Of a DNA stretch of 64,000 nt, positions 20,802 through 31,100 are shown piece after piece; position 1 is the first letter of the stretch, and every line of letters begins with the position of its first letter. Location of the stretch: assembly GCA_010909165.1 (NCBI GenBank), contig VJWM01000044.1, positions 1,302,001 through 1,366,000 on the forward strand. Direction: 5' to 3'. The stretch comes from Anthoceros angustus (lineage: Eukaryota; Plantae; Anthocerotophyta). The position numbers were made by a program, and so were the translations under genes. The notes under the pieces are model-generated. The model ran no database searches. It was not told the DNA's origin and worked only from the letters and a program-made list of their open reading frames with translations.

Positions 20802-21973
20802 GAGTAGAGGATGATATTACATGTGTGTGAAGATCATGTTACAAATGATGCTGATAGAGATTAAAGAGCAGTTATTACAGAGTAAAGTCCAATTGGTGGA
20901 GATTGGGAAGCAATCAAAAGTTCAACTCTTGGAGCTTGAGAGGCAGCTAGCTAAACTTACTCCAACTAGTCAAAAGTCTAAAATTTAAACAATTAAATTT
21001 TAGACTTTTGACTTCAACAATTAAATTTTACATTGCCTCTCAGAGATAACGAGGAACATATTAAATAAATAAAAATTAAGATCAGAATTAGATTTCAAAT
21101 TATCAAAATAATAATAATGTGGTAATCTTTAAAAGGGGAATATGAAATTAAATACCTCTCTATACATTGGAGAGAACTAGGCCTTGCATTCTAATTTGTT
21201 TGCTGGGCTACCCGGTACGATGCTGGCAATGTGAAATCCAGCCTTGAAAGGAAGAAGAGGGTTTAGGTCCCCTCTTAACCCAACAAACTTAACCTTTGCC
21301 GCAAGAAAGAATCTTGCTTCGCCTGATCAAAAGTTTAGTTGTTAGAGGCAGTCCAAAGTTTAGCTGTTGGAGGCTACGAGGCACTCAAATCTGTTGAAGG
21401 CTGAGAGGTAGTCAAAAGTTGTTGAAGGCTGAGAGGTAGTCAAAAGTTCAACTGCTGAAATTTGCAGAGCAGATGAAAATAATAGAGCTTGGGAAGCAAC
21501 AAATGGAGTATTCTTCACAAAGGAATTAATTTAATCAAACATCAAGTATTTATAATTCTTTTAATTCTTTTAATCATTTATTATTGTTTAAATATTGATT
21601 TTAATACTAATATGTTGTAAGTTTTGCAGTTTAAGGCTAATCTCAAAGCTGGTTTTTGCACTATTTTCAAACAACAAGATTGGTAATTAGAAGAAGGTTA
21701 AGAAAAGTAAGAGTATGAGAGTGCACAACAATCTGTGCCTGCTGACTGACCCTGACTTCCTGCTAGAACACTAGCAGGGCTATGTTATCGACAGCCAAGT
21801 GTCCACCAGCCTGAAGCTCTGCTCACTCAGGATCTAGGCCAAACCAGCACTTACAGCTCAGAAGTAGATGTACCACTCTCCACCAGACGCTCAGCAAGGT
21901 GAGTATCTTGTCCTTCCCTTAGCTCACCAAAACTATAGCACGATGAGCCCACACCCTGATCCTAACAAAGAAG

Positions 21974-22575
21974 GGCGGGTGTCTCTCTGTGCACATAGCC
22001 AGAACCACATAAGCTTATGGACAAAAACCCGCAGCACACCAAACCGATGGCCACAAAGTTCAGGACACAGTTGTTAGAAGTAGCATCGCACAAAAGCATC
22101 ACCGTCACCACACAGTCTCAGTCTCACAATTCTCTCAGGTGATGTCCACTCAGCCTGCCAGGGCCGTGCGCTGGTGCTATTCTAATGCCCGCGACGGGAC
22201 ACCGCGGCACTCGTGAGCTCTCTGGGCGAATCCACGAGACTCGTGAGCAAGACCCCGTCCGCAATCCCGGGTGTTTGCGAGTTGTAGTAAGTCCTCCACC
22301 TAGCCCGGCGTGTCACTCGGATGCGTCGATTACACACACACACGATGTAGCATCGTGTTTGCACTCTGATTTCTGAGCAGTGGATTTACAAGCGATTCCT
22401 TGGTCAGCCACCTCGACGGAAAGCCTAGGTTCAACGAGAGAACTTCTAACAACTGTGTGACTGAGCCTAGAAGCCCGATACTTATTTGCCACGCTTGCTC
22501 CTGGCCGTTGCCCGCAGTCTCCCTCCTCTCCGTCGGCGCCATGCCCACGCTCGTAACCTCCCAGCCATTTTGCAC
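21974..22575 (-). repeat. Partial extra copy of block A plus adjacent leader (duplicate of 23020-23595)
   Basis: ggcgggtgtctctct...tgttagaagtagcatcgc...ccagccattttgcac occurs twice, separated by an AT-rich spacer at 22576-23019. Confidence 0.85.
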
Positions 22576-23119
22576 TACCGGTTTAAAGGGCATAATGGAG
22601 AAAGTCCAACTCAAGAATGTTGACGATCACTTACAAGTTGGGTAAAAATAGCTTTGCAACATCACATCAAGGTATAATGTCTGATAATGTTTTATTATAC
22701 CTGCAGGTGTAGTTAGTTTCTCATTATCTATTATATATAAATGCATGCATGATTGAAATACTTTGAAAAATTAGATGCTAAGTGTAGATCATGATAGAGC
22801 AGCTCAAAAAAAATATTTGATATATAATTAGTTCAAAAACATTTGATATATTATATTATAATATAATTATATATAATATAGCTTTAAAATATTTGATGTA
22901 TAATATTATAAGTGGATTATCAACCACAAGTGGATTATATACTTGTCAATCAAATCTATCTAAACATACATGTAATTGAAGCCGCCGCCATCGCTGAAAG
23001 CGGCTACATGGCCCGAGGAGGCGGGTGTCTCTCTGCACATAGCCCAACCACATAAGCTTATGGACAAAACCCGACACCAAACCGATGGCCACAAAGTTCA
23101 GACCACGGTTGTTAGAAGT

Positions 23120-23753
23120 AGCATCGCACAAAAGCATCACCGTCACCACACGTCTCACAATTCTCTCGGTGATGTCCACCAGTAGCAGCCTTGGCCGTGC
23201 TGTGGTGCTAATTCTAATACGACGGGACACCGCGGCCTCGTGAGCTCTCTGGGCGAATCCGAGACTCGTGAGCAAGACCCCGTCCCCGCAATCCCCGGCC
23301 CATGTTTGCGAGTTGTAGTAAGTCCTCCACCTAGCCCGGCGTGTCACACTCGGTCGTCGATTACACACACACACCGATGTAGCATCGTGTTTGCACTCGA
23401 TTTACAGCGGTGGATTTACAAGCGATTCCTTGGTCGCCCACCTCGGCCCGGAAGCCTAGGTTCAAGCGAGAGAACTTCTAACAACGTGGTGAGCCTAGAA
23501 GCCCACGCTTATTTGCTCTGGCCGTTGCCCGCAGTCTCCCTCCTCTCCGTCGGCGCCATGCCGCCCACGCTCGTAACCTCCCAGCCATTTTGCACAATGA
23601 TGCTTCTCGCCCCTGAGCCCTAAACGAGTCGCACGTTCCCTACCTAGCCAATCCTGATCTACCTAATTATATGATTAGCCTAATTACATATAATTAGCCT
23701 AATTACATATGTTTGATTAATCAGATATCCTAATTAATCAACATGGCCTGACA
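23120..23753 (-). repeat. Terminal repeat block A1 (5' end of the element)
   Basis: Matches A2 and ends ...catggcctgaca, followed by the TSD. Confidence 0.9.
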
Positions 23754-24304
23754 TTGCCGTACCATTACGGTACGCAATATTCCATCTCTAGTCACGCGGC
23801 ATCCACATTTCTTTAGGGTTGTCAGCGGTTGCATTAGCAACCGCTTGTAACGCATCCGCTTGCCTCACATGTTCCGTCTCTTAAGAGACGCAGGGTCACT
23901 CTGAGCGGGCATAGATGTAGCATGAGGAACAGGGTGTTGGATGTCTGGGCCAGCTGCCGTGATAGTAGCCGTGGATGCCAAATTCAAATGACTATCATCG
24001 AACGGTAGCTTCAAATTTATCGACTTTTGATGAAAAAGTCCATCTTGCACATGACAACCAAGGAACACCCTAAGGGTCCAGGTGAAAAGGGGCAATTAAG
24101 CTTTTTCCAAAGCCTGACAGGGTAAACATTCTCGTACTGGCAGCGTAACTGACTGACGGACCTTTCCCAAGGGACCTTCCTTGTTTCCATTTCTCCAATG
24201 AAAATGACAAACTCATGCCATATAGTGTCTGCATTCTCACCATTGTATGAGCTCCACATCTTCTTGTGCATCTAGCGCCACACAATTTGTAGATTGCAAT
24301 GCCC

Positions 24305-24654
24305 CTGGCTTGAATTCGGGAGTTGGTTTTGTTGCCTTGCTCCGACTTCATAGTCAGTGGCCTGATACCTGTAGGACCCACCTGGGTCTACTACATAGTA
24401 GCTTTTGTACAGCTGCTGGTGTGCTAGATCCCCTCCTTCCATTCTCTAAGGCACATCAACCTCCTTGGCTCGGTCCTCACCTTGACCTCTGTTGGAGCTG
24501 CCTTTGGCGGTTGCATTCTGTAGTAGTCATTGGGCAATCTTTGAGCCACTTGATGGAAGCTAGCTTACATTGAGTTAGTTCTATGACCCCTCACTGCCCT
24601 CAGGACACTCTTCTAAAGCACCAGAAAAGAACTACAACATCACCACAGACGGTA
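24305..24654 (+). pseudogene. GAT transporter pseudogene fragment 1 (introns retained, internal deletion)
   Basis: Collinear with 53515-54110, except about 230 bp (53630-53858) is missing. Interrupted by the Copia LTR at 24655. Confidence 0.85.
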
Positions 24655-24840
24655 TGTAATTGTTCATGGAGCGTGAGCGATGGATGCCTATGGGCATTAC
24701 ATTATCGTTAGATTACATCTGTGTCAGGACTTGCACTTATGTGCATGATCAGGTGTTGAGCGAAATGCTGTGGCGTTCAGTAACCGTCTCCTAACCTACT
24801 GAACCGTGCCCTAATGGCCTTAATATTACCATTCTTAATA
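24655..24840 (-). repeat. Copia 3' LTR (186 bp, 5'-TATT...TACA-3'); PPT agtgggag adjacent at 24841-24848
   Basis: Direct repeat of 46753-46951 plus 47303-47313. Confidence 0.9.
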
Positions 24841-24874
24841 CTCCCACTTAGTGTTTAGGCCTTGGGCTTAGATC

Positions 24875-26155
24875 TTAGGTCGTGATATACTTTGTTAACT
24901 CGGATAGTCTCATTAGCCCCATGTTGGCTGAATGTTCTTGATGCTTCACGCTGCTGAGTGCCTTAGTTAGCACATCTGCTGTCATCTGCTCCGTCGGACA
25001 GTATAGGACCATGAATTTGCCGTTGCTGATGACTTGTCTTATAAAATGAAATTGTACCTCCACGTGTTTAGTTCGAGCGTGGAATTTGGAGTTGTAAGTT
25101 AGCGAAATAGCACCCTGATTGTCGCAGTACAAGGGTCTTGGTATTCGCTGGGTTTCCCCTAACTCCGTGAGCTCATAAAGCTGCCAAAGTCCATCCTTAC
25201 ATGCGTGGGTTAAGGAGCAGTACTCGGCCTTTGTTGAGCTGAGTGCAACTGTTTGCTGTCGTTTGTTGCTCCAACTTGTTGCTGTCCCGCCGAGTAGGTA
25301 GACATAGCTCCTTATGCTCTTTCTGTTGTCCACGTTGCCGGCCCAGTCAGCGTCACTGAACCCTTCGAGCTATAGAGGCTGGTCCTGCTGGATTTGAGAA
25401 TGATATAGGAGTCCCATATCCGAGGTTGCTCTCAAATATCTGAAGATCCTCTTCACTACTTTCCAACGAGCTTGAGTAGGAGCAGATAAATACTTAGATA
25501 GAGCTCCCACTGAAATTGAAAGGTTCGGTCTAGTGCAGTCCATTAGATACATTAGACTTCCGAGGGCGGAAGAATAGGCCGTAGCTCGTCGCTGCTATGA
25601 GCATTGGCTTCATGTTGTTGATCATCCTCCTCAGGTAGCTTTAGGTTAGTTTCCATAGGTATAGAAGTAGGCTTATTTATCCTGTATATATTTAGACTGA
25701 TGAATAAATAGACTTCTGGCCTTTCTATCTCTAAGAACTTGAATCCCTAAGCGAAAGGAAAGTTCTCGACATGTGGTCATCGAGAATCGCTCAGCAAGCA
25801 TCATCCGAGTGTTTTCTAGGACATACTTTGAGTTAGACATTAATACGATGTCGTCGACGTAGACTCCTACAACAATAAAGTGACCATTAAGTCTATTGAT
25901 ATAGATATAGTCTGAACTTAGTCTAGTGAAGCCTAGGTCCTGAAGGGTGACATCTAATTTTTCATACCATTCAAGAGCACTTTGTTTAAGTCCGTAAAGT
26001 GCTTTTAGTAATTCACAAGCATTAAACTGGTTGTCCTTAACTTGTATACCTTCGGGTATTTCCATGTAGATCTTGTGTTTGAGGTCGCCGTATAGGAAAG
26101 CTGTTTTGATATCCAGCTTTATCAACTCATAGTCATGGTGAGCAGCTAAAGCCAT
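24875..26155 (-). pseudogene. Copia RT and RNase H (frameshifted)
   Basis: KLDIKTAFLYGDL, LLKALYGLKQS, GVYVDDIV; MYLMDCTRPNL; SWSNKRQQTVALSSTKAEY, LYCDNQGAI, RTKHVEVQFHFIR. Confidence 0.92.
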
Positions 26156-27354
26156 TAGGATCCTTAATGAGGTAATTTTAAGTACCGGGCTAAAAGTCTA
26201 TAGTCCGGCCAAGCTGCTTGTTTGCCCTTAGCTACTAACTGCCTTATACCTCTATATACTCTGCTTAACTTAATCTTTAAAAGTCCACTTAGAACCAACT
26301 AACTTCCTACCCTTAGGTAATGTAGATAATATCCAAGTTTTATTAGCTCTTAGTGAATCTGGTTCTGACCTGATGGCTTTCTTCCAGTTCTCCTTTTCCA
26401 GGCAAGTGATGGCCTCTTGATAGCTAGCTGGAACAAACTGATCTATAGCTGCGGTAAGACAATATGCTAAAGTATTTTTGGGATCTTTCCAGTTAGTAGG
26501 AGAATACCTATTTATTTTGCCGACATTGGTACGTTGAGATCGCCTTCCCCTAGTGTCATTGGTACTATCAGGTTGTTGTGGAGGGTCCTCATAAGTATCC
26601 TCATATCCCTCTTCATGAGTATCCCTGTATCCGGCATTATCTGATGTATTTAAAATATCTGAAATAGAATAATTAGGATATATACTTCTACTTGCCTTTG
26701 GGGTGCCAGGATAATGACGAGATCTGCTTTGAGTGATGTGTGGTTGAAAACTCGGGATGTCATTTGTCAGGAGTGTGGAGGAGAACCCATGGATGCTCGA
26801 GTAGGAAGGCACTGCTTGTTCGTGCCTCACTTCATGCCCATGGTACAGTGCCCCGAGAACTGTGGAAGTGTGCCTCAAGTGAAGGAGATCTCGATCTAGA
26901 TGCGGGCGTGTGGCGATGGTACGTGAGCCCCGAGGGGCTGGTGAAGAGATCACTGCAGCGCTGGCAGGTGAGGCGCGCCACGGGCTCGGCAGCCATGGGC
27001 TTGGCCACGTCTGGGCACGGGCACGATCTCGGCTCGTACTGGGAGGAGATGTTCGCGCTTGGCCGGAGTGGTCCGTCCGACACTGAGGATGAGGCGCACG
27101 CGCGCGCATTATAGCCGCTGCTTAGGTCACCGTGGTGAGCGCCTACAGGGCTGTCCCATTGGAGACCTGAGAGTCCTCCCGCTTGCTGCATTTCGCCTCG
27201 GCGTGAGTAGGTGCGCGGGCCTGCTGCAAGTGATCTGCCATCTGCTGGCAGGGCTGGTTGGAGATGGGCGTCGTCGATGTCGAGCCTGCTCCCCCACTCC
27301 TCCAGGAGGGCCGGCGCGTGAGCTGAGGGCGCAAGTGTGTAAGAAGTCGACCGC

Positions 27355-28140
27355 CTAGGAGTCAAAATTTCCGAAGATGAGGTCCGTGTGGCCCAGTGCC
27401 GAAGTGGATGGGCACCGGATGGGGGGCCGGTGTGGCAGGGGGCATGGGTGGAGGCGGGTGTGGGACCTGCTGGTGAGGGACAAGTGGAGGAGCGCCGTGC
27501 TAAGGTGCTCCGGACATGTTGATGTCGTCCACATCACTGTCCTCTGTTTGTGCAGGTTGGGAGTCTCAGTGAGCTCCCAGCAAGATTGGCCTCGCATATC
27601 TTCTCTGAAGATAACGCTCGAGTGTGTGATCCCAGTAGTCTGTGGATGAATTAATTTGTACCCCTTCACCGCGTCCGTGAATCCTATGAAGATGTACTTT
27701 TGTGCTCGATTGTCGAGCTTTGTCCAGACATCCTCTGGGGTGTGTGCATATACTGTGGATCCAAATACTATGAGTGTGGATAGGTCAGGTTTTGACCCGG
27801 TCCAAGCTTCATAAGGTGTGATTTATGGCAGAGAGGAGGTAAGGCTCCTGTTGAGTATGTATACTGCATGGGACATTGCCTTTGGCCAATAGCTTTTAGG
27901 TAATTGTGCGTGGATCGGCATGGATAGACCACAGTCTTGAATGGTTCTGTTCATCCGCTCCGCTACTCCATTCTGTTGGGATATATGTGGAGTGGTAACC
28001 TGCCTGCTGATCCCGTGGTCTTTGCAAAATTGCAGGAACAAGTGCGAGTTGAATTCACCTTCTCCGTCTGTGCGGATGCAAAGTAAGTTTTCTCCGGTTT
28101 GCTTTTCTGCCCAGTGATCCTTGAGGCAGGTGAAGGACTG
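27355..28140 (-). pseudogene. Copia integrase core/C-terminal part (N-terminal part resumes at 45499)
   Basis: IRTDGEGEF, TPHISQQNGVAERMNRTI, W..A...AVYILNR, KLDNRAQKYIFIGF, KGYKL. Confidence 0.9.
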
Positions 28141-28142
28141 TG

Positions 28143-31100
28143 TGTGGGCTATGCACTTCCCTGGGGAGTTAGGAAATAAGTAGGGTTTCTGTTTTTTTTA
28201 GGATTGAAGGATAAATAAGGCGGAAAAGGAGAAATAAATTGGGGTAGCGCTTGGACGAGGCTCGGAGTATACTCGGACTGGAGTGAACAACGGACCCCGG
28301 TACCACTATGGCAAGCTCGGGACTACGAGTAGCAGGATAAGTCCGGAACCCACTCCAGTCAAAAAAATAGGATACGCCGGTAACCTAGGAGGCGTGAGGA
28401 CAGGCGGCGCCACGTGGGCGGCCCCAGTGGAGGTCGGGCATGCGATAGGCGGGCCGTAACCTTGCGAGGCCGTTATAGCGGTATTCACGCCCCATGCGCG
28501 GCGCGTAAGGCAGTAAGCAGGCGTAGGTCGAGTAAGCCATGCGGACCCAGCGATTCGGACAAGGCGCCTTCCAGCGGATTACTTCCCACGGCCAAGGAGG
28601 GAGGTCATTTGCCTGACCTCGGACAATCCTCACGGTCCCTTGCGCTCCAATCCGGCTCTCTGGCGCTATCTTTTGGGCGCCGGTCGGCAGGCGTGGCGCC
28701 GTCAAGGTTGGAGCAAGAACGCGCGAAGGAGGAACATCGTGCCGGCCGGACTCCGGCGGCCTGACAAGAGGAGGAGAAAGCAATGGCACCCAAAAGCCGG
28801 CGGAGTCTGGAGCCATGGACCCTCGTGGGCGCAACATTGTGACCGGCGCTATCCGGACTTGGCCTGGTGGAGAAGCGGGGGAATTGGTGCGAGTGGCATG
28901 GGGCGTGTTCCAAATGGTGCGGACCTTTGACAACGTCACTCTAGTCCGGGAGTTTGCGGAAGATCTTGGCGGCGATCAACAAGGAGGTCCGATCCAAGAA
29001 CCTCCGGGAGGACCAGGCGATGGACCTTGGAGGTCCCGAGGATGGCCTACAACCGAAGGAGGAAGAAGGGGCGTGGTGCAGGCCCCTTAAGGCGAAGGGA
29101 AGATAGGGCCACACGTGGCGATCTTGAGGGCTGGGCAGCGGACAACCAACGGATGGTTGATATCCGATCCTGGACGGTCGAGTAAGGCGGTAGCCGGATC
29201 ATTGTCCATTGGAACACTGCTCACCAAGGTGGATCACCTTGGTGATAACTGTTAGTATTCACGCATGCGCTCGGTGAAGGAGCGGGGGAAGGATTATCTT
29301 CGCCCGGTTGATCGAGGCACAGCTAAGGAGCGAAGCCCTCATCGGTGACCCATACATTCATGTATGGGGACATTTCGAGCTCTGAAGGAGGAGAGCTTGG
29401 CGCTCGGAAGGGGTGGAGTAGGCGTGCAAGGGCGGTGGGGGTCGTCCTTGAGACCAAGCGGACTCGGGAGGAGGACGACCGAGGATTCCGGACTCCATCG
29501 TGAGCGAACCCCTCACCACCAGGGAAGTTTGGGAGGCGATTCCCCTTCCCTCCTTTTGGTGCCCCCTCCGAGCGGCCCGGGAGGGAGGCGATCGGAGGGC
29601 GTTGGCGGCTCGGCAAGCGGGCGACCAACAACCACGGCGGCTGAGCCCGGCGAACTCGGGAGCCGGCGGGCGGCCGCCTGGCGGCACCTCGGAAGGTGCG
29701 GTACCCACCTTGGCAAGAGGCGAGGCGGTGGAGGCGAAGGGGCGTGGCCCAAGGAGGCAGGAGGTCAGCAGCGGCCCACCAGGCCGTCTGTCCCCGGCGA
29801 AGGGGCAAAAGAGCTTGCTCCGGACCCCCTCACCTCCTCGAGCCCGGAGAAAGAGGGCACAAAGGAGTTAGAGGCCAAGAGGGCCAAGAGGGTGAGACTC
29901 GGACCTCACCACTCGGGACTGAGGGTCCCTGATTAGGTCCGAGAACCCGGTCGGACTTACTCGGGGCTGGGTATGGAGGTCCTTGGCGGACGAAATCGGC
30001 TCCCACTACGGACTTTGTGGGGGCCTCACGGTGGCCGTGGAAGAAACACGGTCCTACCGTCATGGACGGAATGCTTTGGGGTCTCTGCAGTGGAGACCCG
30101 AGTGGAGGCCACCCGAGGAGGATGGTGGAACTCCAAGAGCAAGTGAAGGCGGCCAGGGGCAAAGGAAAAGGCGGAGTCCCTCGCTCGGATCGAGGAAGGG
30201 AACGCCGGGTGAGGCGAGGCGGTTCGAGGCCGGCAAGGTTCTTGTGTCTTGAGCAGTGAAACAAGCCCAAGCCGGGCGGAGGACCTTTGGGGGGAAGGCG
30301 GCGGGGAGGAAGAGGCCGGGCACAAGCAGAGAGCTCGGGACTGGCGGCCCGGCTAGAGCGCCAAGTGGGCGAGGCCGTAAAGCGGCGAAGAGTGAGCGGC
30401 AAGGCAGGATCACTACGGGGCGTGATCGGGCCGGTGGAGAAAGTCGGTAGCAGTGAGGCTAACTCGAAGGCCGCAGTGCTAGGCGAGCAAGGAGGCACTC
30501 GGGAGATAGGGGATCTCCAGCAGTGCAGGAGGTAGAAGGCGGCGGAGATGGAGGCAGGACACACTGGAGCTACAACTCCAAGATGCGTCGGAGGCGGTGA
30601 TTCTCAACGAGAGAATCCACGACCTCGAAAGCAGTGCCTCGGCTCCGTCAAGGCGGAGGAAAATCGGCGACTATCCAAGGAGTTGGGCGTTGCGGGCTGA
30701 AGGAGGAAGTCCGAGTCGGACGGAGGTATCGGCCTGGAGAGGGAGCTGGCTAAAGGCCGAATGAGCGGAGGCGCGAGCACTGGGCGAAAGAAGCTGGTCC
30801 GGTGAGAAAGGCGGAAGGGAGCAGCGCTATGGGTGGTGGCGATGGAAAAGCAGGGAGCTGGAGCGGGCGGGTGGCGGTGGCAGTGCAGGAGGTGGAGGCC
30901 GCCCAGCCTCGCGTGATACTGACCCGGCTCACCGTCTGGGAGAGGTGGCCCAACAAGCGGCGGCCCCTCCGGAACACTTATGGCGGAGGGAGTATCGGGT
31001 GCTCGGGCCGTGGAAGAGGCAATTCAACAAGTCGATTCGGACTTTGCCTATTACCACCCGAGCTCTGAAGGCGTAGAAGCCTCGGCGGCGCTGAGCAGAC

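Larger units (their letters stand above)
12328..23753 (-). mobile_element. Ty3/Gypsy-type retrotransposon encoding gag-PR-DNMT-RT-RH-IN-PHD, with split direct repeats (A-ORFs-B-A-B)
   Basis: Termini TGTC...GACA, 4-bp TSD TTGC (12324-12327 / 23754-23757). Domain order read from minus-strand ORFs 20801 to 13925. Repeat blocks as listed separately. Confidence 0.88.

Noticed and set aside
22976-23019. Helitron 3' terminus (hairpin plus CTRR)
   Set aside because: A hairpin is present but there is no correctly spaced CTRR end and no TC 5' start at an A/T site.
23090-23119. tRNA primer-binding site for the DNMT-Gypsy
   Set aside because: No TGG-initiated tRNA-complementary sequence follows block A in element orientation.
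28138-28142. 5-bp TSD of the Athila-like element
   Set aside because: The left flank (ctgtg) does not match the right flank (tctgc). The 3' end appears to have lost bases, so no TSD is claimed.
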